A DNA stretch of 64,000 nt from Alphaproteobacteria bacterium (GCA_965225945.1 CBDDBZ010000029.1:64001-128000), one strand, 5' to 3'; counted from the stretch's first letter, positions 19,862 through 30,794 are shown. A program made the numbers and translations. The notes: generated by a model from the sequence alone, not told the origin.

Positions 19862-21488
19862 CGCCGGCCGTCGGGGGACGGCGGACCAGGGACCAGACGT
19901 TGGGCGCCTCGCCGATCGGCACCTCGATCAGGCTCGGACGATCGTCGGCCAGGTGGCTCGCGAGCGTCGCCTCGAAGGCTTCCGGCGATTCCGCCCGATC
20001 GGCGCGTAGGCCGAAGGCCCGCGCCAGCGCCACGAAATCCGGGTTGGTCAAGTCGACGGCGATGTGCCGGCCGCCATAGGTGTTGCGCTGGATGGTCTTG
20101 ACGTTGCCGTAGGCCTTGTTGTCGAAGACGACCGCGGTGACCGCTATGTCGTGGTGCACGGCGCTCGCCATCTCCTGCACCGTGAACATGAAGCCGCCGT
20201 CGCCACAGAGCGCCACGACCTTGCGCTCGGGCCGCGCCACCTTGGCGCCGAGCGCCGCCGGATAGGACCAGCCCAGCGTCGCCTGGAAGCCCGGCATGAA
20301 GAAGCTCCGGGGCTCATGCATCGCCATGGCGAAGCGGGCGAAGACGGTGAAGCGGGTGACGTCGGCGAAGACCAGGCCGTCCTCCGGCAAGGCGCGGCGC
20401 AGCGCGCCGGCGAGCCCCGCCAGGGGCTCCAGCTCGGCGAGCTTGGCCGCCATCTCCGTGCGCGCCGCCGCCGCCTCCGGCCAGATCTCCCGCGCCTCGG
20501 GGCGCATTTCGGCGAGCGCCTGGTCGAGCGCGCGGAGCCCCAGGTCGGCCGAGGTGACGATGGCCAGGCCGGCGCGCCTGGGCTTGGTGATCTGCACCGG
20601 ATCGATGTCGATCCGGATGGTCTCCACCTCGCCCTCGCGGCCCCAGGCGAGCGCGGCATTGGTGAAGCGGGTGGCGACGACGAGGGCGACGTCGCAATGC
20701 ATCCAGGCCTCCTGCCCGCTCATCATGGTGAAGGCGAGGGGGTGGCTGTCGGGCAAGCTGCCACGCGCGTTGGGGCTCATCACCACCGGCGCGCCCAGCC
20801 GCTCGGCGACGCCTGTGAGCGGTCCTTCCGCCTCGACGATGCCGCCGCCGACGAGGATCAAGGGCCGTTTCGCCGCCGCCAGGCGCACGGCGGCCTGGGC
20901 GATTGCTTCCGCGTCGGGCACGGGTGCTGGATGGGGTGTCAGCGGGGCCACCGGTTCCACCGGCGCCTTCTGGCCCAGAATGTCGGGCGCCATCTCGAAG
21001 ACCGCCGGCGACTTGCGGCCGGAATGCATGTGCTGGAACGCATCGGCCAGCAGCGCCGGCACCGCCGCGGGATGCTCGGCCCGTCGGGTCCACTCGATCA
21101 CCCCCCGCGTCACCGCCATCTGGTCCTTGAGCTCATGCGCGATGCCGTAGCCCTGGCCGATTTGATAGGAGGGGATCTGCCCGGTGAGGCAGAGCATCGG
21201 CAGGTTGGCCGAGGCGCCGGTGGCGAGCGCGGTCAGGCTATTGAGCAAGCCCGGCCCCGGGACCACGGCGAAGACCCCGGTTCGCCCGCTCGCCTGGGCA
21301 TAGCCCATGGCCATGAAGGCGGCGCCCTGCTCGTGGCGGGTGTGAATCACGCGGAGATTGTTGCGCCGCTCGTGGAAGGCGTCGAACAGATTGTCGAGCT
21401 GGATGCCCGGAATACCGAAGACGGTGTCGACCTCGTGGTCGAGCAGCGATCGGACCACGGCCTGGCCGCCTGTGATGGTGGGGGTCAT
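19851..21488 (-). CDS. Thiamine pyrophosphate-dependent enzyme (acetolactate synthase-like)
   Basis: FGIPG, RHEQGAAFMA, GDGGFMF...FDN TPP motif. Confidence 0.9.
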   Translation of the reverse strand: MTPTITGGQAVVRSLLDHEVDTVFGIPGIQLDNLFDAFHERRNNLRVIHTRHEQGAAFMAMGYAQASGRTGVFAVVPGPGLLNSLTALATGASANLPMLCLTGQIPSYQIGQGYGIAHELKDQMAVTRGVIEWTRRAEHPAAVPALLADAFQHMHSGRKSPAVFEMAPDILGQKAPVEPVAPLTPHPAPVPDAEAIAQAAVRLAAAKRPLILVGGGIVEAEGPLTGVAERLGAPVVMSPNARGSLPDSHPLAFTMMSGQEAWMHCDVALVVATRFTNAALAWGREGEVETIRIDIDPVQITKPRRAGLAIVTSADLGLRALDQALAEMRPEAREIWPEAAAARTEMAAKLAELEPLAGLAGALRRALPEDGLVFADVTRFTVFARFAMAMHEPRSFFMPGFQATLGWSYPAALGAKVARPERKVVALCGDGGFMFTVQEMASAVHHDIAVTAVVFDNKAYGNVKTIQRNTYGGRHIAVDLTNPDFVALARAFGLRADRAESPEAFEATLASHLADDRPSLIEVPIGEAPNVWSLVRRPPTAGVTR

Positions 21489-21491
21489 GCT

Positions 21492-22694
21492 CTAATAGGA
21501 GCGCGGCATGCCGAGGACGTGCTGGCCGATATAGCCGAGAATGAGATTGGTGGAGATCGGCGCGGTCTGAAACAGCCGCACTTCGCGCCACTTGCGCTCG
21601 ATGTCGAATTCGCGGGCGAAGCCGAAACCGCCGAAGGTCTGCATGCAGGTATCGCCGGCATGCCAGGCGGCTTCCGAAGCCAGCATCTTGGCCATGTTGG
21701 CCTCCGCCCCGCAGTCGCGACCGTCGTCAAACAGGGCGGCGGCCTTGCGGATCATCAGTTCCGCCGCCTCCAGTTCCGCGTGCGCCCGGGCGATCGGGAA
21801 CTGAACGCCCTGGTTCTTGCCGATCGGCGCGCCGAACACCACGCGTTCGTTGGCATAGGCGACCGCCTTGTCGATGAACCAGCGTCCGTCGCCCAGCGCC
21901 TCCGAGGCGACCAGCACCCGCTCCGCGTTCATGCCGTCCAGGATATAGCGGAAGCCCTTGCCCTCCTCGCCGATCAGGTTCTCGGCCGGGACTTTCAGGT
22001 CGTCCATGAAGACCTGGTTGGTATTGTGGTTGATCATCGTCGGGATCGGCTGGATTTCGAGCCCCCTACCGCGCGCCTCGCGCAGATCGACCAGGAAGAC
22101 GGAAATACCATCGGTCCGCCGTTTCACCTCCTCGGCCGGCGTGGTCCGGGCCAAGAGCAGCATCAGGTCCGACTGCAGCGCCCGCGAGGTCCAGATCTTC
22201 TGGCCGTTGACGACATAGTGGTCGCCATCGCGGACCGCCCGGGTCTTGAGCTGGGTGGTGTCGGTGCCGCTCGTCGGCTCGGAGACGCCGAAGGCCTGGA
22301 GGCGCAACTCCCCGGAGGCGATCTTCGGCAGGTAGCGCCGCTTCTGGTCCTTGTTGCCGTGCCTCAGCAAGGTTCCCATGATGTACATCTGCGCGTGGCA
22401 GGCGGCGGCGGAGCAGCCGGCGTGGTGAATCGTCTCCAGGATCACCGAGGCCGCGCGAACCGGCAGGCCGGCGCCACCGTATTCCTCCGGGATCAGGGCG
22501 GCGAGCCAGCCGGCCTCGCTCAGCGCCTCGACGAACTCGGTCGGATAGTCCGAAGCCGCGTCCTTCTCCCGCCAGTATTCGCCCGGAAAGCCTGCGCAGA
22601 CCTTGCGCACGCCGTCGCGGATTTCCGCCCAGTCCTCGCCCACCGATATCGCCGTCTCGGTGCTCTCGACCGTCGTCTCCAGGTTCGCCACCAT
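21492..22694 (-). CDS. Acyl-CoA dehydrogenase
   Basis: IPEEYGGAG, SEPTSGTDT, NGQKIWTS, QTFGGFGF. Confidence 0.93.
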   Translation of the reverse strand: MVANLETTVESTETAISVGEDWAEIRDGVRKVCAGFPGEYWREKDAASDYPTEFVEALSEAGWLAALIPEEYGGAGLPVRAASVILETIHHAGCSAAACHAQMYIMGTLLRHGNKDQKRRYLPKIASGELRLQAFGVSEPTSGTDTTQLKTRAVRDGDHYVVNGQKIWTSRALQSDLMLLLARTTPAEEVKRRTDGISVFLVDLREARGRGLEIQPIPTMINHNTNQVFMDDLKVPAENLIGEEGKGFRYILDGMNAERVLVASEALGDGRWFIDKAVAYANERVVFGAPIGKNQGVQFPIARAHAELEAAELMIRKAAALFDDGRDCGAEANMAKMLASEAAWHAGDTCMQTFGGFGFAREFDIERKWREVRLFQTAPISTNLILGYIGQHVLGMPRSY

Positions 22695-22720
22695 AGTGCG
22701 TTCCACTCCTCCTCTCGACC

Positions 22721-23731
22721 TCAACCGGCGCGGGGACGACGCCCCTCCAGCGGATAGGCGGGATCGTTATAGCCGGGCGTCGAGGGATGTCCCGGCGGCA
22801 CCAGGGAATCGACCAAGGCTTCGTCTTCCGGCTCGAAGCGATGCGCGAGCGCGCCCAGATAGTCCGCCCACTGTTGTTCCGTCCGGGGCCCGGCGATGAC
22901 CGAGGTGACGAGCGCGTTGTGCAACACCCAGAGAAAGGCGAACTGGCCCGCCGTCATGCCGCGCCTCTCGGCATGGTCGCGGAGCGTGCGGGCGATGCGG
23001 AGCGATTCCGGCCGCCATTCGGTCTCCATCATCCGTCGGTCGTCGCGACCGGCACGGCTTTCCTCGGGTGGCGCCGTGTCGGGGTCGTACTTCGCCGTCA
23101 GCACGCCCCGGGCCAGCGGGCTATACGGCACGACGCCCATGCCGAAATTCTCGCAGGCCGGCAGATGCTCGCTCTCGGGGCCGCGGTTCAGGGCGTTGTA
23201 GTTGGGTTGGCTCGCCACCGGCCGGTCGATGCCGAGGGAATCGCAAATCCGGCAGACTTCCGCCATCCGCCAGACCCGATGGTTGGAGAGGGCGAAATGG
23301 CGGATCTTGCCCTGGCGCACCAGGTCCTCCATGGCACGCACCGATTCGTCGAGCGGCGTCAGATGGTCTTCCTTGTGCCAGTAATAAACCTCGATCCGGT
23401 CGGTGCCGAGGCGTCTGAGGCTCGCCTCGCAGGCGCGCATGATCCAGCTTCGCGAGAGGCCCTGGCCGTTCGGCCCCTCGCCCATGGGGTTGGCGAGCTT
23501 GGTCGCCACCACCCACCAGTCGCGATCCTTCGCGATTGCTCGGCCGACGATTTCCTCGGAGGCGCCCCGGTTGTAGGCATCGGCGGTGTCGATGAAGTTG
23601 ACGCCGGCCTCCCGGGCGCTGGCGATGATGCGCCCGCTGGTCGCCTCGTCGGTCTGGCCGCCGAACATCATCACACCGAGACAGACCGGCGAGACCCGAA
23701 GGCCGCTCCGCCCGAGCTTGCGATAGTCCAT
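22721..23731 (-). CDS. Aldo/keto reductase
   Basis: LGRSGLRVS, IDTADAY, ATK, SLRRLGTD, YSPLARG. Confidence 0.93.
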   Translation of the reverse strand: MDYRKLGRSGLRVSPVCLGVMMFGGQTDEATSGRIIASAREAGVNFIDTADAYNRGASEEIVGRAIAKDRDWWVVATKLANPMGEGPNGQGLSRSWIMRACEASLRRLGTDRIEVYYWHKEDHLTPLDESVRAMEDLVRQGKIRHFALSNHRVWRMAEVCRICDSLGIDRPVASQPNYNALNRGPESEHLPACENFGMGVVPYSPLARGVLTAKYDPDTAPPEESRAGRDDRRMMETEWRPESLRIARTLRDHAERRGMTAGQFAFLWVLHNALVTSVIAGPRTEQQWADYLGALAHRFEPEDEALVDSLVPPGHPSTPGYNDPAYPLEGRRPRAG

Positions 23732-23759
23732 GTGTCCCTTCCCCCTGTTCGCGCGCGAC

Positions 23760-24122
23760 TCAGGAGAGCGCCGCCTCCAGCTCCTCGAGTCGCAAGGGTT
23801 TCGCCAGGGTGGTGACGTCGAGTCCCTTCACGCCGCCGAGCATTTTCGCCATTTCGCGATAATGCGGATTGAAGCCGCTGACGATCAGCACGCGGGCGGC
23901 ACAGCCACGGGCGGCGAGCCAGTTGAGGAGTTCGATTCCGTCCTCCTCCGGCATCACGATGTCCAAGATCACGGTATCGGGGTCGACCTGGTCGTAGACG
24001 GACTTGAACTCGGCCCCGGAACCCACCGCCGTCGCCTCAAAGCCGAGATCTTCGGCCACCCGGGCGACGAATTCGCGGAAATCGGTCTCGTCGTCGACGA
24101 TCAGAATTCGTTTCACGTCCAT
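23760..24122 (-). CDS. Single-domain response regulator (receiver)
   Basis: ILIVDDE, LDIVMP phospho-Asp, VSG, KP. Confidence 0.9.
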   Translation of the reverse strand: MDVKRILIVDDETDFREFVARVAEDLGFEATAVGSGAEFKSVYDQVDPDTVILDIVMPEEDGIELLNWLAARGCAARVLIVSGFNPHYREMAKMLGGVKGLDVTTLAKPLRLEELEAALS

Positions 24123-24140
24123 TCCCCCTCGAGGGCAAGA

Positions 24141-25685
24141 CTACTCGGCCGCCCGCGGCTCGATCAATTGGTCGAGCGCGCGGCCTTCGGGATCCTCGCT
24201 CGCCGCGCGCCGGGCGGCCTGGACCCGGTGCCGCAATTCGGCGATTTTCCCGCCCGAGGCCAAGCCCGGCGTCACCACGGCGGCGAAAATGCGCTCGAAG
24301 CGTTCCCGGCCCCGGTCGTGGGTCTCGCCATAGCCGCGGATCAGCGCGGCGCATTCGGCGATTTCGAGGGCGAGCTCCGCATCGAGGCCGGCGGCGCGGC
24401 CGACCGCGTCCAGCCAGCGCTCGATCGCCGCTCGTTCCTGGCCGAAACGATGGCCGAGGCGGCGGAAGACCCGCATCCGGGCGAGCAGACGCAGCAGCAG
24501 GTAGCCCGGCACCGAGGTGGCGCGGATCCGCAAGCCGAGGCGCCGATCGGCGCGGCGAGGGTCGCGCCGAGCCCAGGCCAGCAAGGGACGCGCCAGGAAC
24601 GAGGGCAGCACCGCCGCCAACTCCTCCACGCCGGGGCGGAAATAGTCGGTGACGCGGAGCGGTTCGTCGGCGCCCGCTTGCGCCTCCTCGCGAATCCGCG
24701 CGAACCGATCGGGCCGGGTCTTCAGCTCGGCGACACGGATGATGTCGTCATAGGCCATCCAGTTGGCGAGGCCGCGGGCGAGGGAAACCAGGACGGCCGC
24801 CTCCGCCGTCTCGCCGGCCGCCGGCGGAAGCGCGCGGCGCACCGAGTCCAACCGCGCGAGGTAGAGCGCGCCAAAGGCCCGGTCCTGGAAGTCCACGACC
24901 TTTTCGAGGCCCGCTCGCCGCATCGCGCGCGCGGCCTCGGGCCAGCCCTCGGGCGCGGCGGCGAGCAAGGCCTCGACGGCAGCCCCGCCGCCCAGCGTCT
25001 CGGGCGCCGGCGGCGGAAACGCGGGTTCGATCAGTGGCGCCTCGTCGACCACCGCCAGCGCCGCCTCGCGCCCCCGGGCAAAGCCCCCGAGATTGGCCTC
25101 GACCGCGACGCCCCCCTCGCGGATCGCCGCCTCCAGGTGCGCTTCGTCGAACGGCAGGCGGCCGGAGGCGGCGATGGCGCCCAGCAGCACGGCGTTGACG
25201 ACGCTTCCCGCCGCCTCGGCCAGCGCGCGGAAATCGCGCAGGATCGTCTCGCGGGCGAGCGCGCGGGCCGTGCTCAGCACCACCTCGGCATCGTAGCGCC
25301 CGTCGTCCATCCGCGCCTTCTCGGCCACCGCGTAGATCCGGTGCGTGGAGGCGATCAGCGTGGTCCGCTCCGGCGACACGTAGCCGTTCTCCATCGCCCG
25401 GCCCGCCTCCAGAACCTCCGAGGCGACCATCAGATCGATGTCGCCCGGCCCGGGCGTCAGCGCGAAGACCGGCGCGCGGGCCAGCAGCTCCCAGGGCTCG
25501 GGAAAGATCTCGAGGTAATAGGTGGTGGCTCCGGTGCGCTGGGCGACGCCGGGGATCGAGGTGCTCTGTACCGGCAGGCCGGCGCCACGGGCGGCGGCGA
25601 CCAGCCAATTGGTCAGCACGCCACCGCCCTCGCCGCCGAGCGCGGCCAGCAGAATAGTGACGGGACGGAGCGTCTCGGTGGTCAC
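24141..25685 (-). CDS. iorB: Indolepyruvate:ferredoxin oxidoreductase beta-subunit family (long form)
   Basis: ALGGEGGGVL, STSIPGVAQRTGATTYY, MAYDDIIRVAELK, IRGYGETH. Confidence 0.85.
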   Translation of the reverse strand: MTTETLRPVTILLAALGGEGGGVLTNWLVAAARGAGLPVQSTSIPGVAQRTGATTYYLEIFPEPWELLARAPVFALTPGPGDIDLMVASEVLEAGRAMENGYVSPERTTLIASTHRIYAVAEKARMDDGRYDAEVVLSTARALARETILRDFRALAEAAGSVVNAVLLGAIAASGRLPFDEAHLEAAIREGGVAVEANLGGFARGREAALAVVDEAPLIEPAFPPPAPETLGGGAAVEALLAAAPEGWPEAARAMRRAGLEKVVDFQDRAFGALYLARLDSVRRALPPAAGETAEAAVLVSLARGLANWMAYDDIIRVAELKTRPDRFARIREEAQAGADEPLRVTDYFRPGVEELAAVLPSFLARPLLAWARRDPRRADRRLGLRIRATSVPGYLLLRLLARMRVFRRLGHRFGQERAAIERWLDAVGRAAGLDAELALEIAECAALIRGYGETHDRGRERFERIFAAVVTPGLASGGKIAELRHRVQAARRAASEDPEGRALDQLIEPRAAE

Positions 25686-25698
25686 GGCCGGCCTCGAC

Positions 25699-27846
25699 CT
25701 AGGCTGTTCTGGCAGCGGCCCGGCGTTCGAGCAGCCAGCCGAGCACGGCGTCGTTCAGCCGCTCGACCCAGCGCTCGAAGCGGTTGGCATTGCGCACGAT
25801 ATCCGCCCGATAGAACGAGGGGCAAAGCGCCGCCGCGTGGGCCACCTCGCCACAGACGCCGCAGCCGACGCAGCCGTTCTCGACATGCGCCACGGGGTGC
25901 GGCTTCAGCGGATCGTCGCTCGGCTTGATGGTGAGGGTCGGACAGCCGGAGAGACGAATGCAGGCGTGATCGCCGGTGCAGACCTCCTCGTCGACGCCGT
26001 AGCGGGTGCGGACCAGACGTTTGCCCTCTTGCAGCATGCGGCGCTCCAGCGGCCGCTTGCGGCGTTGCACCGCCAGCATGCACTCGCCGTCGGCGATGAT
26101 CACCTTGAGCCCCTTAGCCCTCGTGGTGAGCGCCTTGTGCAGCGTCTTCACCATGGTCGAGACCTTGTAGGTATCGACGCTGCGCACCCACTTCACGCCG
26201 ACCCCCTTCAAGGCCTTGGCGATGTCCATGTCCATCGGCTGCAGCTTGGCGTTGGAGCCGGTGGACGGAATGGCTTGCGCGCCGGTCGCCGCGGTATAGC
26301 CGTTCTTCATGATGATCAGGACGCTGTCGTCCTGGTTGAAGACGGCGTTGGCGACGCCGCTGGTGAGGCCGTTGTGCCAAAATCCTCCGTCGCCCATGAT
26401 CGAGATCACCCGCTTGTCGCCGAAGGCCGGCGCGACCCCGGTCGAACTCGCCAGACCCAAGCCGTAGCCCATCACCGTATTGCCGATGTTGAAGGGCGGC
26501 AGCGTCGCGAAGGTGTGACAGCCGATGTCGGCGGAGACGTGGAAGGGTCCGGTCGCCTTCTCGACGATCTTCATCGCCGAAAACACCGGCCGCTCGGGAC
26601 AGCCGACGCAGAAACCGGGCGGGCGGCTCGGCACCGGAGCGCCGAGCGCCTCGCGCGCGCGCGCCTCCAGGTCGTGGACCGCCGCGAGCGGCGCGCTGAT
26701 CGAGGCTCGCTCGAGGCTTGGCGGCGCGTGCGCCTCGAGAAAGCGGGTCAGCCCTTCCAGCACCACCTCGGCGGTGTATTCGCCGGCCATCGCCAGCACC
26801 GCCTTGCCGACCACCGTGGTCGCGAGATCGGCCTTGCGCAGGAAGACGTGGGTCGCCTGCTCGATGTAGTCGGGCTGGCCTTCCTCGATCACCAGGACCG
26901 CCCGCTTGTCGGCGCAGAAGTCCTGGAATTCCTCCGCGATCAACGGATAGGTGACGTTCAGGCAGTAGATCGGCACCCGGCTTTGCCCGTGGGCATCGGC
27001 GAGGCCCACCCGCTCCAGCGCGCGCAGCGCCGCGTTATAGTGGCCGCCCTGGACGATGATGCCGATATCGTCGAAGTCGCCCGGGAACATCTCGTTCAGG
27101 CGGTGCTCCTTGACGTAGGCCAGTGCCGCGGGCGCCCGGGTCTCGATCTTGTGGCGCTCCTGGGCGTAGGTCGCCGGCGGCAGGCAGATCCGCGCATAGT
27201 CGAAGTCGGGGCCGGGAAGCGCGTTGTTTCGGCTGTGCGTGGGCGGCCGGTTGTCGCGGGTCTCGAAGCTGCCGTGGAGGTGACAGGCGCGGATCCGGAG
27301 CTCCAGCATCACCGGCGTCGCGCTCGCTTCCGAGAGCTCGAAGCCGTGCTCCACCATCTCCACCATCTTGGGCAGGCTCGGCCGGGGATCCAGCAGCCAG
27401 ATCTGCGACTTCATGGCGAAGGCGTGGGTTCGCTCCTGGATGATGCTGGCGCCCTCGCCGTAATCCTCGCCGATGACGATGACGACGCCACCCTTGACCC
27501 CGGCCGAGGCGAGGTTGGAGAGCGCGTCGGAGGCGACGTTGGTGCCGACCACCGACTTCCAGGTGACCGCGCCGCGGAGCGGATAATTGATCGAGGCGCC
27601 GAGCATGGCGGCGGCGCCGGCCTCGTTGGCGCAGACCTCGGTATGGACGCCCAGGTCGTCGAGGATGTCGCCGGCGTCGGCCAGGACGTCCATCATGTGG
27701 CTGACCGGCGCGCCCTGATAGCCGCCGACATAGGCGACGCCCGACTGCAGCATCGCCTTGGTCACCGCCAGGATACCCTCGCCGTGGAAGCGCTCGCCCT
27801 GGCCGAGCTTCAGCAGCTCGACCTCTTTCTTGAAGGATCGCTCCAT
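25699..27846 (-). CDS. iorA: Indolepyruvate:ferredoxin oxidoreductase alpha subunit
   Basis: GYQGAP, FCVGCPERP, DIGCH, GDGGFWHNG TPP motif, C-terminal ferredoxin CVGCGVC. Confidence 0.9.
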   Translation of the reverse strand: MERSFKKEVELLKLGQGERFHGEGILAVTKAMLQSGVAYVGGYQGAPVSHMMDVLADAGDILDDLGVHTEVCANEAGAAAMLGASINYPLRGAVTWKSVVGTNVASDALSNLASAGVKGGVVIVIGEDYGEGASIIQERTHAFAMKSQIWLLDPRPSLPKMVEMVEHGFELSEASATPVMLELRIRACHLHGSFETRDNRPPTHSRNNALPGPDFDYARICLPPATYAQERHKIETRAPAALAYVKEHRLNEMFPGDFDDIGIIVQGGHYNAALRALERVGLADAHGQSRVPIYCLNVTYPLIAEEFQDFCADKRAVLVIEEGQPDYIEQATHVFLRKADLATTVVGKAVLAMAGEYTAEVVLEGLTRFLEAHAPPSLERASISAPLAAVHDLEARAREALGAPVPSRPPGFCVGCPERPVFSAMKIVEKATGPFHVSADIGCHTFATLPPFNIGNTVMGYGLGLASSTGVAPAFGDKRVISIMGDGGFWHNGLTSGVANAVFNQDDSVLIIMKNGYTAATGAQAIPSTGSNAKLQPMDMDIAKALKGVGVKWVRSVDTYKVSTMVKTLHKALTTRAKGLKVIIADGECMLAVQRRKRPLERRMLQEGKRLVRTRYGVDEEVCTGDHACIRLSGCPTLTIKPSDDPLKPHPVAHVENGCVGCGVCGEVAHAAALCPSFYRADIVRNANRFERWVERLNDAVLGWLLERRAAARTA

Positions 27847-27919
27847 GTGCCCCGCTCCCCAAGACGCCCCGTCGAGCCGCCTTTAAGATAAAGCCCCTTT
27901 GTCCTGGCCCGTCCAGTCC

Positions 27920-29353
27920 CTATCCGGCCCCACTCTCTCCGGGCCGCGCCAGATGCCACTCGGTTTCCGATTGATAGGTCACTCCGGCGCGCAGAAGCAA
28001 CGGCTCGCGCCACCGGGCCGCCTCGAGCTGCAGGCCAACGGGAAGTCCGGCGGCCGAGAACCCACAGGGCACCGAGAGGCCGGGGATGGCGCCGTGGGCA
28101 CCCGCGTAGGTGTTGCGGGCCGCGCTTCCGGTCGCCTCCAGGAGCGAGCGGTCGTCCACCACCGGCGGCGGGTCCGCCGGCGCCGTCGGCGAGGCCAGGA
28201 TGTCGATATCCTCGAAGAGGCCGGCGAGTGTCCGCCGCCAAGCCTCGCGGGCGCGGACCGCGCGGGATCCGCCGCCAAGCCTCGCGGGCGCGGACCGCGC
28301 GGGATCCGCCGCCAAGCCTCGCGGGCGCGGACCGCGCGGGAATAGTCGACGGCGCTGTACGACAGTCCGGTGGTCATGCGATCGTAGACGTCCTTGCTGA
28401 AACCATCCGCTCTTTCGGCCAGGCGCTCGGCGTGGAATGCGCAGGCATCGGAGAACACGATCGTGCTGGCGTGGCTCAGGGTCTCTTCGGCGCCGGGTAC
28501 GTCGACCTCCACCAATGCCGCGCCTTGACACTCCAAACTCGCGGAGCGCCGCCATCACCACTTCGGCGATGTCGTCGGGAACGCCGTCGAAGTAGTAGTT
28601 GCCGGGCACGCCGACGCGGATCCCGGATATGCCGTCGCCGAGGCTCGGCAGGAAGTTTTCGAGCGGCCGGTCGCTCGACATGGGATCACGCCGGTCGGGG
28701 CCGGCGATGGCGGCGAAAATCCGCGCGACGTCCTCCACGCGCCTGGCCATGGGTCCGATGGTGTCGTAGGTGGGACTGAGCGGCGTCGCGCCGTGATTCG
28801 GCACCCGGCCGACGGTGGGCCGGAGGCCCGAGACGCCGCAAAACGAGGCCGGGAGCCGGACCGAGCCGCCGGTATCGGAGCCGAGCGCGCCCTCGACCAT
28901 GCCGGCCGCCAGCGCCGCCCCGGAGCCGCCGCTGGAGCCGCCGGGCACCCGATCGGTGTTCCAGGGATTGCGGCACTGGCCGGAGACCGGGTTGACCGAG
29001 CGGATACCGAAGCAGAGTTCGTGCAGCGTCGCCTTGCCGACGATCACCGCGCCGGCCCGGCGCAAGCGGGCGACCACGGCGGCGTCGTCGTTCGGCACGT
29101 GGTTCTCGAAGAAGGTCGAGCCACTCGTGGTTCTGAGACCCGCGGTCTCGATGCAGTCCTTCACCGCCATGGGCATGCCGTGCAGAAGGCCGAGCCAGCG
29201 CCCCTCGGCGGTGGCGGCATCGGCCGCGTCGGCCGTCTCCCGCGCCGCCTCGCTCGCCACGGTGACAAAGGCGTTCAGCCGTCCGCCGTCCCCCTCGATG
29301 GTATCGAGCGCGCGTTCAAGCGCCGCGCGGGCGCCGCCATGTGTCGTCATCAT
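27920..29353 (-). pseudogene. Amidase-signature amidase, second tandem copy with a locally scrambled frame
   Basis: KD, GGSSGGS and GSDTGGSVR intact; extra base near 28535 and two extra 37-bp repeats restore the frame downstream. Confidence 0.8.
28231..28341. repeat. Perfect tandem repeat, 3 x 37 bp
   Basis: TCCGCCGCCAAGCCTCGCGGGCGCGGACCGCGCGGGA starting at 28231, 28268 and 28305. Confidence 0.95.
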
Positions 29354-29444
29354 ATTCTCTCCACGGGTTTTTGCGACCGCCCCCGACGGTATCACCCGGG
29401 ACGCCTTTCGAGGGAAGCGGACGCTTCGTTCGGTCGTTTCGAAC

Positions 29445-30794
29445 TCACGTCGCGCCGTCCGGCCGCGCCAGGTGCCACTCGGTTGCCGATTGATAGGCGA
29501 CGCCGGCGCGCAGCAGCAGCGGCTCGCGCCACCAGGCCGCTTCCAGTTGCAGCCCGACCGGAAGCCCCGCCGCCGAGAAGCCACAGGGCACCGATAGACC
29601 GGGTATGGCGCCGAGGCCGCCCGCATAGGTGTTGCGGGTGGCGTCGGCCGTGGCCTCCAGAAGCGTGCGCTCGTCCACCACCGGGGGCGGGTCGGCCGGC
29701 GTCGTCGGCGAGACCAGAATATCGACCCGCTCGAAGAGGTCGGCCAAGCTCCGGCACCAGGCCTCGCGGGCCCGGAGCGCGCGAGCATAATCGACGGCGC
29801 TGTAGCGCCACCCGTTGGTCATGCGGTCGTAGACGTCCTTGGAGAAACCCTCGGGCCGCTCGGACAGCCGCTCGGCGTGGTAGGCGCAAGCATCGGAGAA
29901 GATCATCACTGTAGCGTGCAGATGGGTCTCCTCGGCTCCGGGCACGTCGACCTCCACCAGTTCGGCGCCGTGGCGCTCCAGTTCGCGGACCGCCGCCATC
30001 ACCGGCTCGGCGATGTCGTCGGCGAGGTCGTCGAAATAGAAGTTCCCGGGCACGCCCATGCGCACTCGCGCGATGCCGTCGCCCAGGCCGGGCAGGAAGT
30101 TCTCCAGCGGCTGGTCGATCGAGATCGGATCGCGTCGGTCGGGGCCGGCGATGACGGCGAGAATCCGGGCCACGTCCTCGACCCGCCGGGCCATCGGACC
30201 GATGGTGTCGAAGGTCGCGCTCACCGGCGTGGCGCCATGGTTCGGCACCCGACCGACGGTCGGCCTGAGGCCGGAGACGCCGCAGATCGAGGCCGGGAGG
30301 CGGACCGAGCCGCCGGTATCGGAGCCGAGCGCGCCCTCGACCATGCCGGCCGCCAAGGCGGCGGCGGAACCGCCGCTCGAGCCGCCGGGCACCTGCTCGG
30401 TGTTCCAGGGATTGCGGCACTGGCCGGAGACCGGGTTGACCGAGCGGACACCGAAGCAGAGCTCGTGCAGCATCGCCTTGCCGACGATCACCGCGCCGGC
30501 CCGGCGCAAGCGTGCGACCACCGCCGCGTCGTCGTTCGGCACGTGGTTCTCGAAGAAGGTCGAGCCACTCGTGGTTCTGAGACCCGCGGTCTCGATGCAG
30601 TCCTTCACCGCCATGGGCATGCCGTGCAGCAGGCCGAGCCAGCGTCCCTCGGCCGCCGCCCGGTCGGCCGCCTCGGCGGCTTCACGCGCCGCCTCGGGCG
30701 CCACCGTGACGAAGGCGTTCAGCCGCTCGCCGTCCCGCTCGATCACATCGAGCGATCTCTCCAACGCCTCGCGGGCACCGCCCTTCGTGGTCAT
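29445..30794 (-). CDS. Amidase-signature (GatA-like) amidase, intact copy
   Basis: AVKDCIET, GGSSGGS, GSDTGGSVRLPA (Ser-cisSer-Lys triad); GAGG RBS before MTTKGG. Confidence 0.92.
   Translation of the reverse strand: MTTKGGAREALERSLDVIERDGERLNAFVTVAPEAAREAAEAADRAAAEGRWLGLLHGMPMAVKDCIETAGLRTTSGSTFFENHVPNDDAAVVARLRRAGAVIVGKAMLHELCFGVRSVNPVSGQCRNPWNTEQVPGGSSGGSAAALAAGMVEGALGSDTGGSVRLPASICGVSGLRPTVGRVPNHGATPVSATFDTIGPMARRVEDVARILAVIAGPDRRDPISIDQPLENFLPGLGDGIARVRMGVPGNFYFDDLADDIAEPVMAAVRELERHGAELVEVDVPGAEETHLHATVMIFSDACAYHAERLSERPEGFSKDVYDRMTNGWRYSAVDYARALRAREAWCRSLADLFERVDILVSPTTPADPPPVVDERTLLEATADATRNTYAGGLGAIPGLSVPCGFSAAGLPVGLQLEAAWWREPLLLRAGVAYQSATEWHLARPDGAT

Noticed and set aside
28231-28341. 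37-bp repeats of CRISPR-like length
   Set aside because: Head-to-tail with no spacers, derived from amidase coding sequence, and no cas genes in the window.
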